A DNA stretch of 64,000 bases. Source: Spirochaetota bacterium. Its GTDB lineage: Bacteria > Spirochaetota > UBA4802 > UBA5550. How positions within the stretch are numbered: the first letter of the stretch is position 1; every line of letters starts with the position of its first letter. The stretch lies in NCBI GenBank assembly GCA_963664815.2, contig CAXXHB010000003.1:2880001-2944000 (forward strand), read 5' to 3'. Shown here piece after piece: positions 52,043-61,400 of the stretch. A program made the position numbers and the translations under genes. The notes under the pieces were generated by a model. That model worked only from the letters and a program-made list of their open reading frames with translations, ran no database searches and was not told the DNA's origin.

Positions 52043-53485
52043 ATGAGCGATAAATTCAGTATAGACGTTGATGAAGAAGACTTTTCAAAGCTTTTTGAGA
52101 AGTCACTGAAAGCAAGAGATGATTTCTCTGTTGGTGATAAAATAGAAGGAACAATAGTTTATACAGGTCCGGAAAATACTTTTTTAGATATATCCGGAAA
52201 AAGTGAAGCACTTATAGATACTGTTGAACTGAAAGATAAGAATGGTAATCTTATCTATAAAAAGGGAGATACAATACCCGTTTATATAATCTCTATCAAG
52301 AGGGGAGAAATTAAAGCCGGATTAAAAATCAGTTCAGGAGAAATCACTCCGGAACTTCTATTAACCGCATACAACAACAATATGCCTGTTGAAGGCCTGG
52401 TTTCGACTGAGGTTAAGGGTGGTTATAATATAACAATTTCCGGCTTCAGATGTTTCTGTCCGTACTCACAGATTGATCTGAAAGCTTCAGATGATAAATC
52501 AAAATACCTTGGCAAAACATTTACGTTCAAGATAATTGAATTCAAAGAAAATGGAAAAAACATTATTCTCTCCAGAAGAATTCTCCTTGAGGAGACAAAA
52601 AAAGAGAAAGAAACAACCCTTAAAAATAACCTTAAACCTGGTGGTGTCATCACCGGAACTGTAGCATCAAAACATGATTTTGGTATCTTCGTTGATCTTG
52701 ACGGAATACAAGGACTTATACCTAAATCTGAAATATCATGGGGCAGATCTATTGACACATCCGGCATTATTGAAGGGAATGAAATAACGGCTAAAATCAT
52801 CGGTGTAGACTGGAACAGCAATAAAATCACATTAAGCGTAAAACAACTGCTTGATGAACCATGGAACAATATCAAAAATTACAACGAAAACCAGGTAATA
52901 AACTGCAAAGTTGTAAATATAATTCCGCAGGGTGCATTCGTTGAAATCGAACCTGGCATTGAAGGATTCATTCATATTTCCAAAATGAGTCCCGTTAAAA
53001 GAATAAAAAAACCTGAAGATGCCGTTAAAAAAAATGACATAGTCAGTGCAATGATCATTTCTATAGATCGTGACAATAAAAAAATTTCAATGCAGCTTAT
53101 AACAGGTGAAACTGATCCATGGCAGTCACATTCAGACAATATTATGAATGAAACACAGAAAGGTACAGTTGAAAACGTTAACAATAGCGGTGTCACATTA
53201 AGACTTGAAAATGGCATGCTGGGATTTATTCCTAAAAACGAGCTTCTGTCCGCTAATGATATACAGAAGAACTATACGGCTGGAAAAGAATTATCAGTGA
53301 CAATAAAAGATATTCAGAGTGCCACCCGCAAACTGATATTAAGTGAAAGCGGTGCGCGGAAAAAAGAAGAGATGAATGATTATAATTCATTTCTGAAAAA
53401 CAGTAATGATGCATCTTCATCAAGCCTGGGAAACCTGTTGAAAGATAAATTTGAAAACATTAAAAAACAAGTTAAAGACAAATGA
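52043..53485 (+). CDS. Ribosomal protein S1-like multi-S1-domain RNA-binding protein
   Basis: Repeated S1 domains: FCPYSQID, FGIFVDLDGIQGLIPKSEISW, GAFVEIEPGIEGFIHIS. C-terminal SLGNLLK. Confidence 0.88.
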   Translation: MSDKFSIDVDEEDFSKLFEKSLKARDDFSVGDKIEGTIVYTGPENTFLDISGKSEALIDTVELKDKNGNLIYKKGDTIPVYIISIKRGEIKAGLKISSGEITPELLLTAYNNNMPVEGLVSTEVKGGYNITISGFRCFCPYSQIDLKASDDKSKYLGKTFTFKIIEFKENGKNIILSRRILLEETKKEKETTLKNNLKPGGVITGTVASKHDFGIFVDLDGIQGLIPKSEISWGRSIDTSGIIEGNEITAKIIGVDWNSNKITLSVKQLLDEPWNNIKNYNENQVINCKVVNIIPQGAFVEIEPGIEGFIHISKMSPVKRIKKPEDAVKKNDIVSAMIISIDRDNKKISMQLITGETDPWQSHSDNIMNETQKGTVENVNNSGVTLRLENGMLGFIPKNELLSANDIQKNYTAGKELSVTIKDIQSATRKLILSESGARKKEEMNDYNSFLKNSNDASSSSLGNLLKDKFENIKKQVKDK

Positions 53486-53841
53486 TCAGACTTATAAATG
53501 GATTCGAGGTTAAATACAATGAAGATTTTGATAAATTTTTCCAGAGTCTGCTTGAAGCAATAATTCATGAATCTAAAAGAAACTCAATCTTGAAAAAATC
53601 CGATCCTGAAGAAATAAAAAATGAAAAAGAGTTATTTCTTCAGGAAATAATGGATAACTGTATATATGTTACACATCAATTATTCACACTCTATAATACC
53701 AACGAAAAATTTACAAAATTTATTATGACTGGATTTATTTTTAATAGCATCATACTGTCACTGGCTAATTTCAGCGATGTTTCAGATCCGGGGAAAAATA
53801 ATAAACAAGCAGATGATGATGGAAAGGACACCGTTCACTGA
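53482..53841 (+). CDS. Hypothetical protein
   Basis: ATGA overlap with the S1-like gene. Ends in TVH. Confidence 0.7.
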   Translation: MIRLINGFEVKYNEDFDKFFQSLLEAIIHESKRNSILKKSDPEEIKNEKELFLQEIMDNCIYVTHQLFTLYNTNEKFTKFIMTGFIFNSIILSLANFSDVSDPGKNNKQADDDGKDTVH

Positions 53842-53858
53842 TGTTCTGCATACAACTG

Positions 53859-54779
53859 TCACAGATAAGAAAGAAGTTTATTCAATTTATCAACATTTAA
53901 CTTTGATATTTTTTTAATCTGTAGAGAACAATCTGTTCTTTTATCAACATCAAGTCTTATCGTTACAGTTCCCCTGTCAAAATATTCAGGAAATTCTATC
54001 ATCAGCCCGGTTTCATTCAATTCATTTATAATTTCATCAGATTCAATCTTCCGTTTGGAGTATTCAGGAAATCTTGCTCTATAAACTGCATCATATAAAG
54101 ATTTATCATCGCTAAATGAAATCGATTCAATAATTGTGACATCATCACCTCTACGGTAAATATCGAAAAGATGCTCTATCAGCATCCTGAATATATTTAT
54201 CCTCACCTGCGATTTATTTATCCAATTATCAATAACAGAAATCCATTTGACAGGAAGAAGCGAAATGTCTTTTATTATTTTAAAACTTATATCTTTTTCA
54301 TCCAGATAATTCAGCAGACTTTCAGGAAATTCAAGAGTCTTTTTTACCAGCTTATCATCTTTTAAAAACCCGTAAGGAAGCTTGAGAACTTTTATGCAAA
54401 ATTCATATCTTACATTTTCTTCGAGATTAAAGCATGAAGAAAGAAGAGAGAATACTTTAAGCCTGCCCGAAGGTCCCAGTTCATTTCTATACATTTTCAA
54501 CGAAACATTTTTTATGAACATATTCAAATCCGGTTTCTCCAGTATAAAACAGTTTACTGATGAAATTCCTGTTTCTCGCAGTATTTCTATTCTGTTATGA
54601 CAGGTAAGAGGGGTGTAACCAGATTTACTTTTAATAACATATGGATATTCCAGCATTCCTGAGTTTTTTAGCGAAACAGTAAGCGTTACCGGATAATTTT
54701 TTCTGCTCACTTTAAAAAAATCATTTGATGATATATCTGTTATATTCACTTCAGCGATGACAGCATATGTTCCATTCAT
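53859..54779 (-). CDS. Degenerate ParB/Srx-N-like domain protein
   Basis: LTVSLKNSGMLEYPYVI..GYTPLTCHNRIEIL resembles the ParB N-terminal pattern (L..SI...G...P..V....Y.II.G.RR), followed by a helical region. Confidence 0.55.
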   Translation of the reverse strand: MNGTYAVIAEVNITDISSNDFFKVSRKNYPVTLTVSLKNSGMLEYPYVIKSKSGYTPLTCHNRIEILRETGISSVNCFILEKPDLNMFIKNVSLKMYRNELGPSGRLKVFSLLSSCFNLEENVRYEFCIKVLKLPYGFLKDDKLVKKTLEFPESLLNYLDEKDISFKIIKDISLLPVKWISVIDNWINKSQVRINIFRMLIEHLFDIYRRGDDVTIIESISFSDDKSLYDAVYRARFPEYSKRKIESDEIINELNETGLMIEFPEYFDRGTVTIRLDVDKRTDCSLQIKKISKLNVDKLNKLLSYL

Positions 54780-54782
54780 TTT

Positions 54783-56354
54783 TTAAACCAGACCTTTCAG
54801 CAGGACTGATAATTCTTCCGGAAATACAACAGTAACCTTATCAAGACTTTTCAACGCGCTCTCACCGGCAGGTGACAAAGGTGCAGTAGTAATAAAGTAC
54901 CCCTGCTTGGCTTTAAAATCGTTAATTGCCTGAGCAAAATTACGAAGTGGAATCTCACCGATATTAGCCCCCTTCCACCTTCTGACCCATACAAGGGTTT
55001 TAGTCTTTCCCTCTTTCTGAGTAGCCATAAAATCAACACCGTCAGACTCTCTGTATGTAGTCATAATCTCATCAATAATCAATCCCAATTTTTCACAAAC
55101 CCTGTATGATATACTTCTGAAATTCTCAGTATCGAGCTTTATTAATTCATCAATTGTAGCAGCTGATTCTTTTATCAGACCCGGATCTTCCATACTTCTT
55201 TTCTCCTTTGATCCTGAAGGCCTGAATGAAGAAATTATACTCTGAATATCCAGCTCCTGTTCACTTTTCAAACCGCAGATACTCCATAAAAAATTATCGG
55301 CAAATGCCCTCTCCTTCCAAGGTTCTGCCTCATTGATTAAAGGTTTGGAATCGTCCGGTTTTGCACCTGGCTTTATATCCATCTCTTTTCTGAGCCTTGT
55401 TATCAGATCAAGTACATTTCTGAAATTTCTTTCCATCTGATAGAGCTGATTCCATGTGGCATATGCCTCTTCCTTTCTGTCATCTACAAGATTGGCAAAA
55501 CCGAAATCATACATAGCAATCTTAAGTTCTTCATTCATATCATTTTTAATACAAAATTCTTTTAGTTCATCATACAGCTTAATGGCCATAGCATATTTTT
55601 TAAGCTCAATATATAAAAAGGCGAGCAATCTTTTTGCGATAAAAAGTGCATTTTCATCGGTTGATTTCTCAACAATATTTTTAGCGTACTCAACCGCTGA
55701 TTTATAATCCTTTTTTTTATATAAAGCAAACGCCATTGCCATATTAGCGATATCTGAATCGGGTTGAACTGACAATGATTCCTTAAAAAGTGTTATAGAT
55801 TCTGATGTCCTCTGACTTTGTAGAGCTGCAATGCCTGCACCGAATAAAACTTCAAAGTTTTTCCTTTTAAGTCTTGATAATGTATCAAGATACCTGAAAG
55901 CTGTTTCAAAGACCTCCTGTCCAAGTGAAATAAAACCAACATGATAAAGTGCTTCTACATCACTTGGGTACTCCCTCAGCAGTTCATAAAATTTTTCAAA
56001 AGCTTTCAGTTTTTCGCCTCTTTTAAGATAAAGATCCGCAAGGAGCTTATATATATCTTCTTTTTCCACATCGGCGTTATAACGATTAATATCAGTAATC
56101 GCCTCCAGATGGTTTATTGCCAGATCAATTTTCTCCTGATTTAGATACAGGCCGGCAAGCCTCCAGTGAATTGGAACTTCCTTGGGACGATTTTCAAGGA
56201 CTTTTTTAAATTCAACGATTGCTTCATCAATGCGGTTTTCATTCAGAAGAATTTCAGCTTTATTCTTCGGATTAAACTTAGGTGCAAGATAATAAAGATA
56301 AAAAACTATTGCACCCAGAATAATAATCGCCGTTACAAGAAATGGAACAAGCAT
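54783..56354 (-). CDS. Membrane-anchored TPR protein with C-terminal Mrr-like (restriction-endonuclease-fold) domain
   Basis: N-terminal TM and many TPRs. C-terminus ESDGVDFMA...LVWVRRWK..IGEIPLRNF...GYFITTA. Confidence 0.8.
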   Translation of the reverse strand: MLVPFLVTAIIILGAIVFYLYYLAPKFNPKNKAEILLNENRIDEAIVEFKKVLENRPKEVPIHWRLAGLYLNQEKIDLAINHLEAITDINRYNADVEKEDIYKLLADLYLKRGEKLKAFEKFYELLREYPSDVEALYHVGFISLGQEVFETAFRYLDTLSRLKRKNFEVLFGAGIAALQSQRTSESITLFKESLSVQPDSDIANMAMAFALYKKKDYKSAVEYAKNIVEKSTDENALFIAKRLLAFLYIELKKYAMAIKLYDELKEFCIKNDMNEELKIAMYDFGFANLVDDRKEEAYATWNQLYQMERNFRNVLDLITRLRKEMDIKPGAKPDDSKPLINEAEPWKERAFADNFLWSICGLKSEQELDIQSIISSFRPSGSKEKRSMEDPGLIKESAATIDELIKLDTENFRSISYRVCEKLGLIIDEIMTTYRESDGVDFMATQKEGKTKTLVWVRRWKGANIGEIPLRNFAQAINDFKAKQGYFITTAPLSPAGESALKSLDKVTVVFPEELSVLLKGLV

Positions 56355-56436
56355 AGCTCTCTCAATGATAAGATTTTACGTCATATTTATAATCGGCATA
56401 TGAAGCTATTAAATCAATAATTCTTTAAGTGTGGGA

Positions 56437-58656
56437 TTAAATTACAACCGATAGTGATTCATTTTTTTTAACAAGAGAAAATCTTATGACTGATGGCCAG
56501 CCGTTTATTATATAACTATTACCGACTTTTCTTTTCAAAATAAAATCATCAGATTCGATTATTGAAGTTTCTACGGGAAGATTTATCATTATATCCGACG
56601 GTATAAATTTTGGAAGGCCGATAAAGCTGAATTTTATTTCTTCACTTGATGTTTCTGACATAAAAGATATTTTACCATATCTTGTTAAAGCATTATCAAC
56701 CTTAATCCTCTTGCCATTATCAAACCAGTGCTTTTCCGGCATAGTAAATATTTCAAGTCTGTCCGCCCTATCAAGAAAAAGTCTATTCCTGATAATTACA
56801 AAGATAAGAGATGAAATAGCTTTTGAATTCCCGTTACCCCATACCCCTCTTTTCAATAAAGGATCTATAAATTCGGGAAGAGTAAAGAAATCATCCATCA
56901 TGGAAAAAAACATGTTATAAAAAGAGTAAAATCTTGTATCTTTAATTAATATCAGATGTATCAAAACTAATGCACTTGAGAAAAGATCAATACCTTTATG
57001 CCGATCAAACAGTGGATAATTTGCCTCTTCGGTCAAACTTGAAAAAAAATCCAGATAATCATTCTCTTTATAACAGGTAAGGATGCTATCCGGAAAAGAT
57101 ATTAAAGAATAAAAATGTGCGAAATCATTTAAAGAAGTCTGCCTTTTCTTCTCTAAACTATTCCTGATAATTGACTGTATACGGTCGGCTTCATTTTTAT
57201 ACTTTACTTCATCGCCGAAAATACCCATAGATCTTGACAAATAGGATATATTCATAACAGCCGATAGCATAATTACAAAATCACTCCAAGTAGCTTCTTT
57301 TATATAATTATCATCCCCGGTACTACCCGGAAGCTGATCTAAAGAATGCACCTCTGTTGAATAATTATAAATGTAATCCCCCAGTTTACGTATTACAGGA
57401 AAATAACTTTGCAGGAAATCTGTTTCCCGTTTATGAATATAGCATTCGTAGAAAGCATTAAGAAGATATGAAGCATTTATAACAGAGCTATACTCCGGGG
57501 ACTTTACATTATATTTAAACTTTTCAAGCAACATATTTACAATCTTTTCAGATTCCTGCTCCAGGCCAGCCCTGTTTATTGCATAACTAAAATAGTACAG
57601 ATTCCTGTATCCATCTGTTTTTCCCGGATTAAAATCATTGGAATTGTTATTTAAAAGTGTCAGTTTAGACTGACGAAAATATCTGGTTATATTTTCATCA
57701 GAAATTTCTATTTTTAAACCTTCATTCATCCTCATTTCAGAGAAAGATTGAAATTCTTTGAACGATCCTGTAAAATCGATTTTCTGAAATGGTAATGACA
57801 TCTTTTTATCAAGAGAAATTCTTAAATTTAAAATATTTTCCCCTTTTTTTAATTTGAATCCGGAAGCCATAGTTGCCATGCCATGTATACAATCAACTGA
57901 TTCAATATAACCTGTCGATAAACAATTCACATCGCCATTATTACCCGATCCGATCTGTATGAAATCAGGTTTTCTATCAAAGGCAACACGGTTTTTATCA
58001 TTTATTTTCAACATATATCCGGCAGGATCATAACTGATGCTGTTTAAACCACCAATAGCACAACAGTTATATGGTCTTATTACAGCAAATAGTATATCAT
58101 CAGCATAAGCAGTATTAAGCTCAAAAGAAACAAGTGCTTCATCAACGCTTGATTTCCCACCAGCTATTCTCTCACAAAACTGAGCAGCACCGTAATTACC
58201 GGTAATAATTATTTCACCTGTTATAGAATCTCTCACCGGTGTTATCCGGCTGCAGTTTTTTTGAGGATAATGGATTGTATTATTATTACTATACCAGAAC
58301 TCAACAGACCATGGGAAATCACCAGGCCCGGCAATCATGCCACATCTATCTATATGAATTTCATCTTGGGATAAATAATTTGTAAAAGTCTGCCATTCGC
58401 GAAAGTTAGTATTTAAAAGAAGAGGATTTGGTGTAGAACGATAATTCTGAGAATAAAAATCCCCTGCTTCAGATAACCATAAAGGCCAGGAAAAATTCTT
58501 AAATTTTTGAATTGCAATCCTGTTTCCAATTCCGAGAGATATATCTTTTAATAAAATCTCTTCCTTTGCAGGATCGATATAATCTTTATAAATTGTAAAA
58601 AGATTACTGAAAAAACTTCCCTGTTTTTTTTTACTCTCTCTTATCTTCAATATCAA
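56437..58656 (-). CDS. Large hypothetical protein, six-hairpin-glycosidase-like architecture
   Basis: Beta-rich N-terminus, helical core, LPEFIDP..RGVWGNG, and a C-terminal beta domain W...G.RIKVDNALTRYGKISF. TTG start. Confidence 0.55.
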   Translation of the reverse strand: MILKIRESKKKQGSFFSNLFTIYKDYIDPAKEEILLKDISLGIGNRIAIQKFKNFSWPLWLSEAGDFYSQNYRSTPNPLLLNTNFREWQTFTNYLSQDEIHIDRCGMIAGPGDFPWSVEFWYSNNNTIHYPQKNCSRITPVRDSITGEIIITGNYGAAQFCERIAGGKSSVDEALVSFELNTAYADDILFAVIRPYNCCAIGGLNSISYDPAGYMLKINDKNRVAFDRKPDFIQIGSGNNGDVNCLSTGYIESVDCIHGMATMASGFKLKKGENILNLRISLDKKMSLPFQKIDFTGSFKEFQSFSEMRMNEGLKIEISDENITRYFRQSKLTLLNNNSNDFNPGKTDGYRNLYYFSYAINRAGLEQESEKIVNMLLEKFKYNVKSPEYSSVINASYLLNAFYECYIHKRETDFLQSYFPVIRKLGDYIYNYSTEVHSLDQLPGSTGDDNYIKEATWSDFVIMLSAVMNISYLSRSMGIFGDEVKYKNEADRIQSIIRNSLEKKRQTSLNDFAHFYSLISFPDSILTCYKENDYLDFFSSLTEEANYPLFDRHKGIDLFSSALVLIHLILIKDTRFYSFYNMFFSMMDDFFTLPEFIDPLLKRGVWGNGNSKAISSLIFVIIRNRLFLDRADRLEIFTMPEKHWFDNGKRIKVDNALTRYGKISFMSETSSEEIKFSFIGLPKFIPSDIMINLPVETSIIESDDFILKRKVGNSYIINGWPSVIRFSLVKKNESLSVVI

Positions 58657-58663
58657 CCACAGG

Positions 58664-59008
58664 CTATGCTTTTTTCAGAAAATCAAGAGCCTCATTTTCA
58701 GAATTAAAAATATCAAACATATCAGTCAGCTCTACAACCTCAAATATTTTCTTAACTGCATTATTCATGTTGCACAGCACAAGTTTTCGTTTACTTTCTT
58801 TCAGAATTCTCATAGTTGAAACAAAGATTCTAAGACCTGAACTGCTCATATACTCTACATCTTTTAAGTTAAGAACAAAATTACTTGTCGGTTCTGCTGC
58901 GATCAGCTTATTGATTTCTTTTTCAATATCTGCTGAAAGATGAACATCCAGTCTGCCCTCTAAATATATAGTAATTTCATTTCCTGTCTTTTTTAGATTA
59001 AGATCCAT
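58664..59008 (-). CDS. STAS-domain anti-sigma-factor antagonist
   Basis: LEGRLD, LKDVEYMSSSGLR (phosphorylatable Ser motif), VKKIFEV. Confidence 0.92.
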   Translation of the reverse strand: MDLNLKKTGNEITIYLEGRLDVHLSADIEKEINKLIAAEPTSNFVLNLKDVEYMSSSGLRIFVSTMRILKESKRKLVLCNMNNAVKKIFEVVELTDMFDIFNSENEALDFLKKA

Positions 59009-59083
59009 TTTCCACTCCAGTTCATTTTTTATTGATATGATACAGTATATATATAAAGTTAATAATAATCAATTAAAAAAAAT

Positions 59084-59566
59084 TTATTCTTTTCCATCTT
59101 TTGCATCTTTTCTTGTTATCATCAGGGTTGAGAAGACAAGAATAAATATCACTCCCAGAATAATTCCAAATATAACAATTGAAGTATGCATATAATCTCC
59201 CTGAATAGCATCATCCCTCTTTACCCCTATGAAAAGACCGTTTTTTAGAAGAATAAGTGAGGATATGAAAGGGAATATAACCCCGTTAAAATAAGCAATT
59301 CCCCTGTATTTCAAAGGATCAAACAGAGGCATTATCATAAGAAAACCTGAAGTTAAAAGCAGAACACCAAAAGCCCTTACTGTAAAATATAAAGGAGCAA
59401 CCAATTCATGATCTCTTACAAGATCAAACCAGTTCTCTGAAACATTATCAACAAAAAACTGGAAAATTGTAATAGGAGACAATATAAAGGCACACCCAAT
59501 GAGGATATAAATAATACCGGAAATCAAAACAGCAGCCTGAAAAGTGTTTGTTTTTGCTGATCTCAA
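59084..59566 (-). CDS. 4-TM membrane hypothetical protein
   Basis: Four hydrophobic helices, PLFDPLKYR motif, gagggg RBS, TTG start. Confidence 0.75.
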   Translation of the reverse strand: MRSAKTNTFQAAVLISGIIYILIGCAFILSPITIFQFFVDNVSENWFDLVRDHELVAPLYFTVRAFGVLLLTSGFLMIMPLFDPLKYRGIAYFNGVIFPFISSLILLKNGLFIGVKRDDAIQGDYMHTSIVIFGIILGVIFILVFSTLMITRKDAKDGKE

Positions 59567-59580
59567 ATTACCCCTCTCTA

Positions 59581-61395
59581 TTATATAATTCTTGCAATCA
59601 GTATTTGAGACAATTTCATTGTTTTTTCAGAAATTTTGTCAAACTTAAACTCATTTTCCGATACATCAAGTATTAATTTTTTGCCCTGATCCAGATATTC
59701 TGCCGGAGGTAATTTCTTCTTTTCAGATGACTCAAGATAACTTACAAAAAAGCTGCTATATTTATCATCAGTGAATGACAGATTTCCTTTATTATTTATT
59801 GTGATATTAAATATCTCTGAAACTTCAGTCCTGTGAAGGTGAGAAGGGAGTACAAATTCATCCGGAAAACCTGATGAACAGTTTTTATCAGCAATAACAA
59901 CCGGTTCAAATAACGGTTCGGAAATAAGGCTAGCGGCCATTAAACGGCTTAGCGATCCTGTACTGAAAATTCTTTGTTCTCCACCGGAATTAATATAGGC
60001 AAGAGGAAGAGAATTAAACATTTCAACCCTTTTTGAACCTGCCAGTTCAGCCGCATATTTTAGTATTTTCCCTGATTTAAAAAGAAAATTTTCCGGAAAA
60101 GTAACTTCATAAATTTTGTTGAATTGTTCCGGTGAAAAAAATTTTTTCAGATTATCTTTGAGTAAATCATGATCATCATAAAGAAGAAGCAAACAGGATA
60201 AAAAATAACTATATGATGAAGAATAGATATAATCGAATACTTTTTCGCATCTGTTCAATTCAAGAAAAACAGAGCCGAGAATTATTGACTCAATCCGGGC
60301 TGACTGAATAACAAGAGCCCTGTTGTCTGTAGTTACCGCTTTAGTATATTTATCAAGATTTCCACTGGATATAAAACTCTCCAGCATATCAATTTCAGCT
60401 CCATCGTAAAATCCTTCGCATCTTTCCAGAATTAATCCCCCGTAAAATGGACCTTTATCGGACGAAAAATTATTGTTTCTTACATAAAATACTCTCTGCC
60501 CTTCTTTTAGCTGTTCATCAAAGACCGGCTGCATTTCCTCCATATCTTTTTTTGAATTAACCAGTGCAAATACAAAATCTGTCATATCAAAAACTTTATT
60601 TCGTAATTCTTCATCGCTGTCTGACAAATCAGCAATAATATATTTATAATCTCTCGATAAAGCAAATAACAGCGGACCCAGAATTGCTGCCTCAACCTTG
60701 ACTCTGGCTGAAAAAGAAATATTAAGAATGTGAAGGTTTTCAGTAACTTTTACAATTCTGTCATTTAAAAGAGATTCTGCCGATTTCTCTCCCTGATCCT
60801 TTTCGGAAAGAGGCACTGTCATCCTTTGCTTAAACACATCAAAGAGTGATCTGCCATTATATGATAAATCGAGGATAATTGTTTTTTCCACCGAGAGAGA
60901 TAATCCGAGCAATGATGAAAGCAGAGTTTTCCCTGTACCGGATTTCCTGCTATAAACAGTAATAACCTTACCCTTAAGATCAAAATATTTTCCCCCGGCA
61001 TCAGAAATATCAAAATTAAGGCTCTCTATAATCTTTATATACCCTCTAAGGGCTTTATGCGACATCAAAAAAAGTTTATAAAAATCATCCTCTCCGACTA
61101 CAAAAATCTGTGAATCGACTAAAGCTTTTACATTTCCTTTTTTTCTGTTCTCAATAAATGGCAAAAAGCCGAAGAATGATCCGGATGAAAGATATACTAT
61201 ATCTCTGTTTGCGATAGATTCTATTTCAAAAATTCCATCAATAACAATGTTTAATGAGTTTGTTTTCTTTATATCTACAACTTGCCCTTTCCTGACGGAT
61301 GTTAAACGCCCTGATTTGAAAAAGAACTCAGCTTCAGCATCATTTAAATGAAGCAGAAAAGGGATTGATCTCAGGAGATTTCTGATATGATCCAT
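59581..61395 (-). CDS. cNMP-binding / ParA-MinD-like ATPase / degenerate patatin-like fusion
   Basis: LRSIPFL..L...GSFFG (cNMP fold), VITVYSRKSGTGKT (deviant Walker A), YIIAD (Walker B). C-terminal region RALVI...FDYIYSSS...GSL.RLMAAS...LFEPV. Confidence 0.7.
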   Translation of the reverse strand: MDHIRNLLRSIPFLLHLNDAEAEFFFKSGRLTSVRKGQVVDIKKTNSLNIVIDGIFEIESIANRDIVYLSSGSFFGFLPFIENRKKGNVKALVDSQIFVVGEDDFYKLFLMSHKALRGYIKIIESLNFDISDAGGKYFDLKGKVITVYSRKSGTGKTLLSSLLGLSLSVEKTIILDLSYNGRSLFDVFKQRMTVPLSEKDQGEKSAESLLNDRIVKVTENLHILNISFSARVKVEAAILGPLLFALSRDYKYIIADLSDSDEELRNKVFDMTDFVFALVNSKKDMEEMQPVFDEQLKEGQRVFYVRNNNFSSDKGPFYGGLILERCEGFYDGAEIDMLESFISSGNLDKYTKAVTTDNRALVIQSARIESIILGSVFLELNRCEKVFDYIYSSSYSYFLSCLLLLYDDHDLLKDNLKKFFSPEQFNKIYEVTFPENFLFKSGKILKYAAELAGSKRVEMFNSLPLAYINSGGEQRIFSTGSLSRLMAASLISEPLFEPVVIADKNCSSGFPDEFVLPSHLHRTEVSEIFNITINNKGNLSFTDDKYSSFFVSYLESSEKKKLPPAEYLDQGKKLILDVSENEFKFDKISEKTMKLSQILIARII

Positions 61396-61400
61396 GACAG

